Shown: positions 38,730 through 50,390 of the stretch, piece after piece | Layout of the letters: the number at the start of each line of letters is the position of its first letter | How positions within the stretch are numbered: the first letter of the stretch is position 1 | Assembly (NCBI GenBank): GCA_028534125.1 | Contig: JAPYYK010000094.1 | Coordinates: forward strand, 62,001-126,000 | Length of the DNA: 64,000 bases | DNA from: Lama glama | Lineage: Eukaryota | Reading direction: 5' to 3' | The notes under the pieces: model-generated | Told to the model about the DNA's origin: nothing | Database searches by the model: none | The model's input: only the letters and a program-made list of their open reading frames with translations | Position numbers and translations under genes: made by a program

Positions 38730-40109
38730 TCCTAGTTTTTCCAGAAGTCTGAGGAAAGACCCAGAGCTTCCCTTCGTGCCTTGTTGCAGTGAAATGGTTC
38801 ACAGTAAGGAACTGGGATTGTCTTGAGCAAAACATAGTTTCTGCTATGGGACCCCAAAGCAACTCAAAATAGTAAGGCATTCTAGCCCTCAAGGGTTAAC
38901 AAGACATTCCCTGCTGCCCACAGTGTTTAGAGGTACCAGATGGGAAAGTTGGATGGTTTGGGAGGTGTGAAGGCCCCTGGTGGCTCCCGAGATGGGGAAA
39001 GGAAATGCCCTTCTGCAGCATCCTAGAATACCAGCCTCTCGGCTGGCGTCCTAAGCAACGGGGCTGTTGCCTGGCAGACGAGGAGCACTGAATGCCTCCC
39101 AGGGTGGCTGGCCTCCAGCAGGGACCACCCCTAGAGGACAGTAGCTGGAAGCAAAGGGAAGGATGAGGAGAGGACCACATTGGGCAGGGACAGGGCTTCA
39201 GGGGCAGAAGGTGAGGAGATGCTGGGATGGTGCCAGGGTGTAGAAGGGCCAGGATGGAGCCCACGCAGATGGTGTGGTTGAGGGGGAGGGAAGGGATGGC
39301 AGCGGCTGTCAGCAGGGGGAGCTGAGGGAGGGATGCACAGAGCACGTTGTGGAGACTCAGACAGGCTTGGGCAGAAGCAATGCCTAGGAATCCTTGCCAA
39401 TTTAGAAGTTAAAATCCGTATTATAATCCAGCTGCTTGTGCGATTCAATGGCTAGCCTAGCCATAGCTGAGTAAGAGCAGGTAATTAAAGGCTTGTTACG
39501 GTGTAAGCGGAGCAGTTGCCTTCCCTACCAACACTTCTGTAGCTGCAACATCGCCTTAGTTACTTTCCCCAACAGGACAATCTTCTAATTACATCTAACC
39601 AGGCATGCCAAGTGTGTTTCCCACTGCATTTCATTTCCGGGCCTGTTGAATGCTGAATCAATTTTTTATCACCCCGGAGACGTTGAGTTTAATTACCCAG
39701 ATTGAGAGCGACAAGGAGAACAGGATTTAGGGAGTAACATTTTGGGGTGCTTCTTGGGAACAGGAACAGGTTTACTTCCACAAGGCTGTGGGGTGGGAGG
39801 ACATATCTTGGCTCTCCAGCTAGAGTGTCTGTGTATTTGTGAGCCCACAGTGCACCCAGCTCTGCAGTAGGCAGGGTCAGAGTGAGAGGAAGTAGAAAAT
39901 GTGGTCCCTGGAGAAATCCAAGCTTGGGCTGGAGAGTCTTCCCCAAACACAAAAAACAGAAGTAGGACCCAATACAAGACCTCTGGCCTCAAGTCATCAG
40001 TTCATTCAGCCCAGTGCTCTGTTTGCTACACCGTCATGTCTGTTCAAATCCCAAAGCCAGTAACTATTCTTTTCTGCATTTTCTACATACCAGCTGGGTA
40101 CAAGCATAG

Positions 40110-40606
40110 TTGCCCCCTCAACGACCTTCCCCTTCCTGACTGGATGTGGTTATTCTTCCCTCTGCCACATGGAAGTGCCACATGCCCATTGCTCTTACCA
40201 GAGACTGGAGTAGGTATGGGCGTGTGATGCCATCCTGGCCAATGTGTTGTGAAAAAAAGCCAGGGGGCGGATTCTGGAAAAGCCTACTTTTAGGTTCTCA
40301 CAATGAGATACACAAGAGATGCCCCCTTTTTCTACCAGATATTGTCATATTTGGGTGTGAGGATTTGAGGCCTGGAACCATGGCAGCCATTCTTCACCAT
40401 GAGGGGATTCCCTTATAATGGGGCTACAGATGGTAGAGCAGGAAGAACTTGGGTCCTCGATGAAGCTGTTGAGCTCCTGAATTAACCAACCCTGGAGCAC
40501 CCCACCCAAGGCCCTCTTGTGAGCTGAGATCATACATTCCATGTGGCTGCAGCCATTTTGAGTAGGTTTTCTGTTCCTTGTAGTCAAGGGCATTTTGACT
40601 GAGACA
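40110..40606 (+). mobile_element. MLT1J-like LTR
   Basis: tcctggccaatg...ggcctggaaccatggcagccattctt...gaacttgggtcctcgatga...ggttttctgttccttgtagtcaagggcattttgactgagaca. Confidence 0.7.
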
Positions 40607-41909
40607 ATGCCAAATGCTCATTCATAAATCAGTTACCTTATAAATGTGCTGCAGCCACAAAGACAAATTAAGATTTGGTTCCTACTCTCAAAGGACTGCA
40701 AGTCAGGGTCAAGAATATGGTGCAGTGTGGTAGACTAATGGTAGGCTATGATGCGGTAAGCTGAAGGGGACCAAACTTGACCAAGGAGGGTTCAGGGAAG
40801 GCCTCTTAGAGAAGGAGATATTCAGGTTGAATCTTAAAGACAGTCACGGAAGATGGTGGAGAGGGCACTTTGGCCAAGGGAACCACATGAACAAAAGCAG
40901 GGCAGACCGTAATATCCTGGGCTTTCTGAGGACCACGACCTGAACGACTCTGGGGTGTGTCCCGGCCAGGACCAGCGTGAGGTGGGTGAAGCATCCTGGG
41001 TACTTGCACAAGCCTGAGAGTGAGCACCTCCTTCAGTGTAGTATCCTAGGCATCTCATCTCACCCTGGAGGTGATGGTGCTGGAGGAGGGGGCAAGGGCC
41101 AGATCTGGGAGGGTCCCTAATGACTCTGTCCTGTAGGCGATCAGCAGCCTTTGAAGGGGTCCAGCATTTTAGAAAAATTGCTTTGCCTGGAAGTAAGGTA
41201 GAAATTGGGCAGATCAGCAACAAGGTTATTGGGGTAACCCAGGAAGAATGTGCTGGCATTAAGGAAGGGCACAGAGAGGTCAGGGAGGACCAGAAAAGTG
41301 CGAGTAGCACTAGGAGTCCAGTGGGCTGTAGCAGGGACCACGGGGCTTCTGAGGTCTGCAGGGATAGCAAAAAGCGGAGTCTGAAGGCTGTGCCCTAATG
41401 TTTAAGGATGGCAGCTCAATGGCTCCAGCTCAGGGCAGTGGGTAGCCACATGGCAGGGGGCCACAGCAGCTGGGTGGGCGGGTGCCAAGTAGAGTCCTGG
41501 TGGGCAGGGACCAGGTCTGCAGCATCATTTGTGTTCCTGTGTTCCCTACAGCTTTGCGCACTGCATTTCCACTCTCTTTGATCACTGCTCCTAACTTAAA
41601 CCACCCCTGCCCCATCCTGTCTAGGGCCAGTGGAGAGGACAGGCCACCAGACTAGAAGCTGCTGGAGGGCAGGGTTTCTGGCTTACAGACATGGTTGGTG
41701 AGGCTCACCAGGCCAGGCAGGGGGGAGGCCAAGCCTTGGATATTCACCTGTCCACTTTATCTTCACAGTATCCCAGGAGGTGCCATGTTGCATGTATTTA
41801 ATAAATAGTAATTGAGGACCTTCTATGTGTTAGGCACTGTTCTAGGCACTGGAGATGTGTTGTTAACTTAGCAGAAAAAAACCCTTGCCCTCATGAGGCT
41901 TTCATTTCT

Positions 41910-42410
41910 ATTGGTTGCAAATGTTTGAGAAACAACTTAGACTGGCCTAGGCAGAGAAGACACGTGTAGGCTTATGTAAATAACTGAGGCAACAGAGAGT
42001 ACGTCTTAGGCACGGTGGGAGCCAGGAGCTCAGGTGAAGTCATCTCGTGGAGACTCTTCTCCGTCTGAGGGTCCCTTAGTTCTGCCTCTCTTTTTCTTCT
42101 TCCTTTGCTCCATTCTCAGCCAGGCGCTTCCTGTGCAGTGACAATAAAGCTACCAGCAGCTCAAGGCTTACATCCCAATAAGACAAATGAGAGCCTTTCT
42201 TTCTTAATGGGTCCAGCAAAAATCCCAAACCTAACGCTCACTGGCTGGATTTAGTCACATGTACTTATCCCTGAATATGTCATCTAGTCCAGGAGAACAA
42301 GATGCTCTAGATTGGCTGGGTGTCGGGCAACTACTGCCAGCAAGTGGCGTCATCGCTAGGAGAGGTGGGGAATAGTGGTTTCCCAGGGAGAGGTCATGGT
42401 GCTGGAGAAA
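41910..42410 (-). mobile_element. MLT1K/J-like LTR
   Basis: ttggttgcaaatg...ccagcagctcaaggcttacat...ctcactggctggatttagtcacatgtacttatccctgaa. Confidence 0.6.
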
Positions 42411-43562
42411 GAGAGAACAGATTTATTTTTTAATAGGAGAGGAAACTGAGGTTCAGAGATATGAAATGACTTGCTCAAGGAAGCAACTAGTATACATCTG
42501 TATCCAGGTTTTGAACTCAAGTCTCTTTGACTCCAGTGTCTGAGCTCTAAACTCCAATCCCTCTGGGCCCCCCTTTCCCCAGGGCAGAGGCTGTGTCAGC
42601 AGCAGACAGAAGGTACTCTGGAGTCAGTCAGACCCGGGTTAAATCTTGGCTCAGCTGTTGAGTTTATAAACTCTCTGGGTCTCAGTTTCTGCTTTTGTGA
42701 AATGGGTCTAAGGACACCACCTCATGGGGTTATTGGGAGGATTACGTGAATTAAAACATGTTAAAATTCCCTGCAAGAGTGCCCAGCTTGTGCTTGGTGG
42801 GAACTGAATGAACTTTTAAAAAATAAGTCACACGGTAGGAGCTAAAGAAAAGATTTCTTAGTGGCTGAAAGGATGACCTCTCTGAATGGTCAGGTTCTCT
42901 CAGGCTCCCTCAACTGTTAGCTCCTTCCCTGAGTCTCCTTTGCACTGAGGCGAGCAGGAAGGGAAGAGCAGAAGAAAGAGGGGGGTTGGGGGAGGGGAAG
43001 GGCTTCTCCTCTTACCAGGAGAATAAGACCCAGTTTCCCGTCTGTCAGAGTCAAGGGAAGAGGAAATCCTGCTCCAGGGCCGGAGGGAAGCCCCCACCCC
43101 AGGGAGGTACACTGGCCTGTGGATGGAGGGAGGTGGGAGCTCCTCCTTCTCCCCCTCCCCTCCGCTCCACATCCCCCTCCTCTGATCTCCCCTCCAGGCC
43201 CCCCAAGAGAGGAGGCTGCTGGAGTGTCTCAGGAGGACACAGGGCTGTGTCCCTGTGGGAGCGTTTTGGTAACAATGCTGATGTGCCTGCTACCACCCCT
43301 CCAAACCCTCCCAGCTGAGCAGAGAATTTTAACATGCAGGCTAAGAGGGTGGGCTCTGGAGTCTGGATGGTTTGGATTCAACTCTTGTTCTTCCTTTGCA
43401 GTCACAATACGGCCTGTGCTGAATGCTGTTAGTCGCTCATGAATGCACATGCATCTCCCCCCACCCCCAGTTCCTGTTAGTACACACATACACACACACC
43501 ACACCCTTCCTTGGAGTGACAGTGTGCCCAGCCCCAAGGAATGGATTATGATTGGTCTAAGC

Positions 43563-43882
43563 CAAGGATTGGCAAACTACAGCCTGACGGCCAAATCTGA
43601 CTGCCCTCTGTTTTTGTACATCCCACAGGCTAAAATGGCTTTTAACATCTTCTAAATGGTGGGCAAAAATCAAAAGAAAAATAATATTTTGTGATCCATG
43701 AAAATTATCCAAAAGTCAAGTTTGTGTCCATAAACAAAGTTTTGTTGGGACGCAGCGACGCCAGTCTGTTTATGTAACGTGTAGGGCTGATTTCAAGCTA
43801 CAAAGGCTGAGTTGAGTAGACCGCACGGCTCACAAAGCCTAAAATATTTACCAACTAGCCCTTATGAAGTTTGCCGAGCCTC
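43563..43882. mobile_element. MER58B hAT-Charlie MITE nested in an MLT1 LTR remnant
   Basis: Ends caaggattggcaaactacagcc...gtttgccgagcctc; TSD gtctaagc (43555-43562) / gtctgggc (43883-43890); removing it restores MLT1-like attggtctaagccaatca. Confidence 0.8.
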
Positions 43883-44495
43883 GTCTGGGCCAATCATGAC
43901 AATCTGGCTCCTTATCCCAGGCTTTCTTGCAGCTGGGAGTGGCCATGGGTTCCAGTCCTCTCCAAAGAGAACTAAGCAGAAGCTTGCCAGGGAGATCTGA
44001 GTAAAAGCATTGCTTCTTTGAGAGAAGGGGACAGATATGGTTGGGACCTCCCCTTCCTCCTACTTCCTGCCTCAAGCGTGGGTCTGTCCGGGGCCTATTC
44101 AGCCCTTTTCTTTCAGAGCTCATTTCCTGCCAAGGAACGGGAAACAGAGGGTCAGGAGTCTAGTTGGGAGGGTTGGCTGGGCTGGCGGGGGTCCCAGAAG
44201 AGGGGAGGTCCACCCTGGGCACCTGCCCCAGAGCCTGGGCTGCTTCTCACCCAGACCAGGTTGGGCCCAGAGGGGCCACCAGTCACCTGGGCTGGACTGA
44301 GGGAGGGTCAGCCCCTCCCATGAACTTGTCTGATGGCTCATGTCCTCCTGCCCCAACAAGGACATCAGAAGAGCTGAGACGCCCAGTGGGCAGTGCTTCC
44401 CTGAGTCTGTGTTCTCCCTACTCCTAGATCCTTCCACGGTAGCGGAAAGAGTGTAGTTAATTTAAGAAAGTGTCAGATGGTTGAGTGGATGGTTA

Positions 44496-44538
44496 AGGGA
44501 GGGAGGGAAGGAAGGAAGGAAGGGAGGAAGGAAGGAAA
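44496..44538. repeat. (GGAA)/(GGGA) microsatellite
   Basis: gggagggagggaaggaaggaaggaagggaggaaggaaggaa. Confidence 0.9.
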
Positions 44539-45159
44539 AAATAGTTAAGAGGTTTACACACACACATGCTGACAGTAACCCTGTGAGATCACGGGCTAGG
44601 TATTTTTATACCCATTTAATAGAGAAGAAAACTGAGGCTCTGTAAGACAAATGGACTTTCCCAAAGTCGCAAAAGTTAGAAGAGGTGAAGCTGGAACCCA
44701 AACCCCAAAGCTGGGCCAAATTCTTGGGCACAGGCCCCTCCTGTTCACCTCCTCAGACATTACCTCCAGGCTGTCCTAGGCCTGATATATGGGGACACAG
44801 ACAAAGAAACTTCCATCACCTCAGCAAAGCATGAAAGATACTTTCATGATGTTGGTCTGGGCAGCTGTCAGCAACGCCTCTTGTCTACATTGCCCGGCTT
44901 TGCCCTTGGGCCCCCCAAGAATACGTCACCTCCTTAGCAGGTGCTCAGTACATATTTGTAGAATGAATGAGCTGCCTTGTATCAGTACAAATTCCTCAAC
45001 AAAAAGTCATAGGCTACAAAATCCCAAAAAATAGCAGGTAAAATTGACGTCACGTTTCCTAGCTTTGCAACGGATTGGAATGTGCATTCGGGTAGCAGAA
45101 TAAGTCTCCTGTCATGCATTACAAGCAAATGATAGTCATCACTGTGACCATAAAAGAAC

Positions 45160-45380
45160 AGTTAGCGTGCATACTTGTTAACATGACACTCACTACACCA
45201 AGCACGTGTTGTAACTAGTCTCGTTTAAAATTCCCACAGCAACCCGGCAAGGTAGATATTATTGCTCTCCTCATTTTATGGTCAAGGAATCTAGGGCTCA
45301 GAGAGGTTAAACAATTTGATTAAGGCTACACAGCTTGAAGGGGGCATAGTGTGATTCAAACCCAGGTGTTTTGCCTCCAC
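45160..45380 (-). mobile_element. MIR SINE
   Basis: cccacagcaacccggcaaggtagatattatt...ggctcagagaggttaaacaatttg...gattcaaacccagg. Confidence 0.75.
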
Positions 45381-46789
45381 GGAATACGAGAGGACATGGC
45401 AGGAAGACAGAGGCAGGCTGGATCTGCAGGACTGGCTTGGGGTGGGGGGCAAACGCCCCCCTCTGTAATCTGTAAGGAGGGTGGTCATGTCAGAGCGCTG
45501 ACAGGGGAGAGAAGGGTGTTGCTCACAGAAGCAGACGTGGGTGAGGCCCTGTAAGCCCACAGGACGTGTCCTTTCAGCCAGCCTCTCCCTGTCACGTGCC
45601 AAGCTCAGCCCTTGTGTCAACACCCAGCCATTAGACTGTTGTGTGTGTTGGGGGTGGAGGGCAGCAGGTGAGGAGGGGCCAGGCTTGTGTGACTGTGACT
45701 CTCGACCATATCAGCCTCTTGTGGAGGTGCTGCTGATTCATTTACCCTTCCTGGCCAGCTGGGCCTCTGTCAGGATGCAACTTGTGGTAAACAAGCCCCA
45801 AAATGCCATCCAGCAAGGGGGAGATGGGGCGGGGAGCCTGGCTCAAAGGGCAGGTTTCTGTCTCCTGCCAGACCCTAGTCTCATCCCGGGCCTGGCATCC
45901 TGGGCTACCCAGAGCTCCTGTGTGAGGACCAGCCAGCTCACAGCAGGAACTCTTTCCCTGCCTGTGGAGGGAGCACACTGGAAAGTATCACTCCAGGCAC
46001 TTCTGACCTCTTTCTCCTGGAAGTTTTCAGGAACTCCGCTGCCTGGGCTGGTGCAAGGTACAGCTACTCTAGCCTGGGCTATAGGTCTTGGTGCCCAGAG
46101 ACTACCCCTCTGGGGACTTCCGAGTGATGTGCTTGGGTGAGTCGACCTGCATATCATTAATTGATACCTACTTTAAGTCCAGCAGGGCCCAGTGGCTGAC
46201 TCAGGCTAGTGCTCAATAAAGGTTTATTGCCCAGCTGAGTGATTGAACAGGCTCAGAACTCAGACACTAGAGAAGAAACTGGAAGAGGCGTATCCCAGCC
46301 CTCCAGGGACTTAAAGGGATCACTGCCAAGTAATAACACAATTAACAGAACAATTAAATGTTAAATTGTGAGACTCTCCCTGGGTGCTCTGAGAATTTAC
46401 AATGGGGGCTGCGACCCTTAGGCAGGCTTCCTGGAGGAGGTGTACTCAAGTTCGTCTGAGTGGGGAACCGGAGGTGGGTCTGAGTGTGGAGGAGGGACAC
46501 GATGAGCCTGGTGACAAATGCGGTGATGTATGATCCTTTGGAATGGGAAGATCCTTAAATATCCAGTCAGCCTGATGCCCACAGGCCTTACTTCAGTAAC
46601 AGTCCTTGGTTATAGAGGTTTACTCTGTGCCGGGATCACCATAAGCACAGGCACAACCTTCTTCCTCATGCCAACCCTGTGGTAGAGGTATCATTATTAT
46701 CCCCATTTTGCAGGTGAACAAACTGAGGCTTTATCAGGCTCAGTAAATTGCCTGAAGCCACACAGATATAGAAGGAGAAGGAACTGGAC

Positions 46790-47117
46790 CTACCTTGTCC
46801 AATATGGTGGCCACTGGCTGTGTGTGGCTGTTGAGCACTTGAAGGGTGGCTAATCCCAATTGCTGTGCTGTTAGTGGAAAACAGCACACTGGGTTTCAAA
46901 GACTTACTATGAAACAAAGACGAATATAAGACATCTCATTCAAAGCTCTTTCTAGTACTTACTACATGTTGGCATGATATTTTGGATTTATCGGGTGAAA
47001 TAAAATATCTGATTAAAATTAGTTTCATCTGTTTCTTCTCACTTTATTCAGGTGGCTACCGGAAAATTACAAGTTATGCAGGGGGCTTGCACAACATTTC
47101 CGCTGGATGATACCCTG
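46790..47117. mobile_element. MER33 hAT-Charlie element
   Basis: tgtccaatatggtggccactggctgtgtgtggctgttgagcacttgaa...tttcaaagactta...aaataaaatatctgattaaaattagtttcatctgtttctt. Confidence 0.8.
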
Positions 47118-47159
47118 CCTCAGGGCTGTCAGCCTCAGCATGAACACCCCTGGAGAGGG

Positions 47160-47558
47160 TGGACTCACTTCTCAGGGCTGCCATCACCCAGAGCCACAAA
47201 CTCGGCGGCTGAAACAAGAGAAATCGCTTGTCTGGCAGTTCTGGAGGCTGGGAGTTGGAAATCAAGGAAACTCTTCTTGCCCAGGAGGTTTGCCGGCAAT
47301 CTTTTGTGTTCTTTGGCTTCTGCTCCATCACCCCAGTCCCCGCGTTCCTTCTCACGTGGTGTCCTTCCTGTGTGTGTCTGTGTGTGTCTGTGTGTACCCT
47401 CTTTATAACGACGCCAGTCATCCTGGATTAGGGGCTCACCCTCATCTTAACTATTTTCATCCGCAGAGACCCTATTTCCAAATAAGGTCTCATTCTGAGG
47501 TCCTGGGGATTAGTTCTGCAATATATGAATTTGGGGACATGCAATTCAACCCGTAACA
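47160..47558 (-). mobile_element. MLT1A/B/C-like solo LTR
   Basis: agggctgccatcac...ccacaaactcggcggct...cagttctggaggctgggag...ccctatttccaaataaggtctcattctgagg...caattcaacccgtaaca. Confidence 0.85.
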
Positions 47559-48424
47559 GACGAGAGGGACTCTCTCCCTCTTCAGTAGCTCCTTCCATAT
47601 TTGGATCACCTTAATAATTTTCTCTTGTGCCACTATCTGCTAAGGATTCCTCCTTCGAATCACTTGCAGATGCCCAGGGCACCCCTGTGAGGTGGGGTCA
47701 GAGGCCACAGACACCCACATTTCTTTCCTAGAAGCCCAGGTGTGACTGGCCCCACCCTGGGTGAGATTGCTCTGTTAAAGATAACAACTGGAGAGCAGCA
47801 AGGAGAAAACTGATAAAGGGGAGAAGGTTAAAAATAACCTAGGAAGCAGGGGCTGCCCAGATGACCTCAGCCCTTTGCAACTTTGATGCACAAACAGTAC
47901 AGCTGGGAGGTCACCTGGGCTATAAAAACCTCATCAGCTCATCAGCTGACACCGCTTTCTGTTCAGTGGCCTGGGAATTTCCAATCCCGGGGAAATATGA
48001 CCATAACACAGTGGGTCACTTCTCTTTCTGTTTGTCCTGGCGGCCCTTCAACTCCTTCCTAAAAGTGGGAGGGGTCCTGGGGAGGGCTCTGTTCCTGTAA
48101 GAGGAGGGGGTTGCCTTTGGAGAGCTCTACGGTCCTTCAGTGCAGTACCTGGGACACAGCTCCACTCCTTGTGATAGATGTGCCTTGGGAAAGTCACAGA
48201 ATTTACTCGAGCTTCTGTTTTCTCGTTTGCAAAGTAGGAATGAGAAAGGAGGCTTGTCCTGCCTGCCCCACCAGTTATGGTGAGGAGCATTCTAAGGGGC
48301 ACATCTGGGCCCAGGAAAGCAGAAAGGACCAAGGTGGGCCCCATCAGGTCCCTTTAGCATCTTGATTCCTGGCACTTATTGTGCATTAAATCCATTTGGG
48401 GTCAGGTGTTAACATGTTAGGACC

Positions 48425-48598
48425 CTCACTACTCAAAGTGTGGTTCCCAGTGGAGCAGCAGAAACATCCCCTGGGAGTTTGTCAGAAATGCAGACTCTCG
48501 GGCCCCAACCCAGACATGCTGAACGAACCATTAAGAATCTACATCTTAACAAGATCCCCAAAAGATCTGTGTGCTTATTGAAATTTGAAAAGCACCAC
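48425..48598. mobile_element. MER5A1 MITE
   Basis: ctactcaaagtgtggt...catcccctgggagtttgtcagaaatgcagactctcgggcccc...taacaagatccc...tttgaaaagcac. Confidence 0.8.
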
Positions 48599-48599
48599 T

Positions 48600-48935
48600 T
48601 TAGTGGACATAGTTTTTGCTTGTCTTGGATCCTTTGCCCCTTCTTCCAGTTAAAGTGATCGTCCTTTCTTTGGGAGAATCACGCCTCCCGCTCTCCTCGG
48701 CTCAGTATGCTTCAGTGAGGCTTATCCGCTCTCCAAACCCCCCAGGGGGCGTGAAAGATAGTCCTGGCCAATCGGAGCCAACCCTGGGACTTTGGCTGGA
48801 AGTGCTGGGAAAGAGGAGCTCTGTTTATGCAGTTGTTACACAGCAGTAGGATGGAAGCCTGCAGCTGGGTGCTGCCATCTTGGTCACCACTGTGGAGAAT
48901 CTAAGAATGGGGTCCCTATAGAGAGGAGCAGAAGT

Positions 48936-48968
<33 letters not shown>

Positions 48969-49120
48969 CAGAGAGAGGAAGATTCCTGATCACATCTTCT
49001 GAACTGTCCCCTTTGTTTAAAGCCAGATCAATTCTCTTGGCTTTTAACAGTCCATATAAGCCAGCCAATTTCCTTTACCTAAGCCAGTGTGTGATGGGTT
49101 TCTGACGCCAGCAGAGAGAG
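48600..49120 (+). mobile_element. MLT1K-like LTR containing (TG)n at ~48936-48962
   Basis: cctggccaatcggag...ctgggacttt...gctgccatcttg...cctttacctaagccagtgtgtgatgggtttctg. Confidence 0.6.
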
Positions 49121-49347
49121 CCCTCCTGTCCACTGTGCTGCTGACCCAAGAGTAAGGCAAGGTTTGTGACCCTATGGAGTTCAGCACCAACTGCTCCAGG
49201 GGAAGACAAGAAAAGGGCCACTATAATGGTGAGTGGGGTTGTGCCCAGATACAGGGCAGCACAAAGGTGAGGCATGTGGCTGAGCTTCTCAGGGAGAGGG
49301 GTTGGGCCCCCCCTCCCAGAGAAGATGGCATCTGAACCGACTGGGAA

Positions 49348-49837
49348 TGATACAGGAAAATGGGGTGCAAGAGGATGGTCGTGTCCCAGGTCTCAGATGA
49401 GTCCCTGGGATGTGCCCCTCCAAATGAGGGTCCTTGGCTTCACTCAGGAAAGAGTTCAAGAGTGAGCCATAGTTGAGTAAAGGAGATTTACTCAGGGAGA
49501 TGCACACTCCAGAGTGTGGGCCATCTCAGAAGGCGAGAGAGAGCAGACCACAAGGTGCAGGTGTTGCTAGTTTTTGTGGGCTCAGTAGGTTCACATGCTA
49601 ACGAGTGGGAGGATTATTCCAACTACTTTGGGGAAGGGGTAGGGATTCCCAGGAATTGGGCCACTGCCCACTTTTTTATGGTCAGCCTCGGAACTGTCCT
49701 GGCGCCTGTGGGAGAGCTATTTAGCATGCTAGTACATTACAGTGAGTGTATAATGATGCTCAAGGTGTCCTGGGAGCTGAATCTTCAATTGCTGTGTCAT
49801 TCCTTGGTTGTGTCCTGCCCCCTTCCCTCCTGCCTTA
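49348..49837 (-). mobile_element. ERV1-class (MER4-group-like) solo LTR inserted in an L2
   Basis: On the minus strand starts taaggcaggagggaagggggcagg and ends ttttcctgtatca; tccttggcttcactcaggaaagagttcaagagtgagcc is typical ERV1 LTR U5 sequence; flanks ggaa/tgaa; the L2 continues on both sides. Confidence 0.65.
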
Positions 49838-50224
49838 TGAAGACAAATGGAGTTAGCCAGGTGGGCAATGCAGGTGAGATCATTCCAGGCAGAGGGAAGT
49901 GTGTGAACCAAGGCAGGGAAGCAGGAGGCGGAATGAGGAGCCTAGCGTCCTACAGTTCTCCGGGTGGCACAGGGGACGGGGAGAGGCCAGGTGGGGAAGA
50001 GAGGGAGGACTTGATGGGCTACAGTGATGCGGACCTGGGATTCTATCTGCTGTCACCTCCCGGAATGTGCCCAAAGAAACTGGTGGTAACGGGGGCAGAA
50101 GGAGGCGTCAGGAGGAGGGGCTCTTACTGCTAGATTAAGTCGATGCCCACGGCTGCCATTCCTGAGGGACAGATCACACCTGCCCTCAGGAACCCAGGGG
50201 ACGCCCGGGCATGATGGGCAGGGA

Positions 50225-50390
50225 GTTGGCACTGCAGACAGAAGATGCAGATTCGGAATCTCAGTTCTGCCACTAACAGCTGCGTGATCTTGGTGAGTAC
50301 CTTCACTTTTCTGGTTCTCATCTGTAAAAGTGGAGATTCAAAATTCCTACCACTAAAGGGCTGCAGTGAGAGTTGGGTGATATTATGATT
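50225..50390 (+). mobile_element. MIR SINE
   Basis: tctcagttctgccactaacagctgcgtgatcttgg...ctcatctgtaaaagtgg. Confidence 0.75.
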
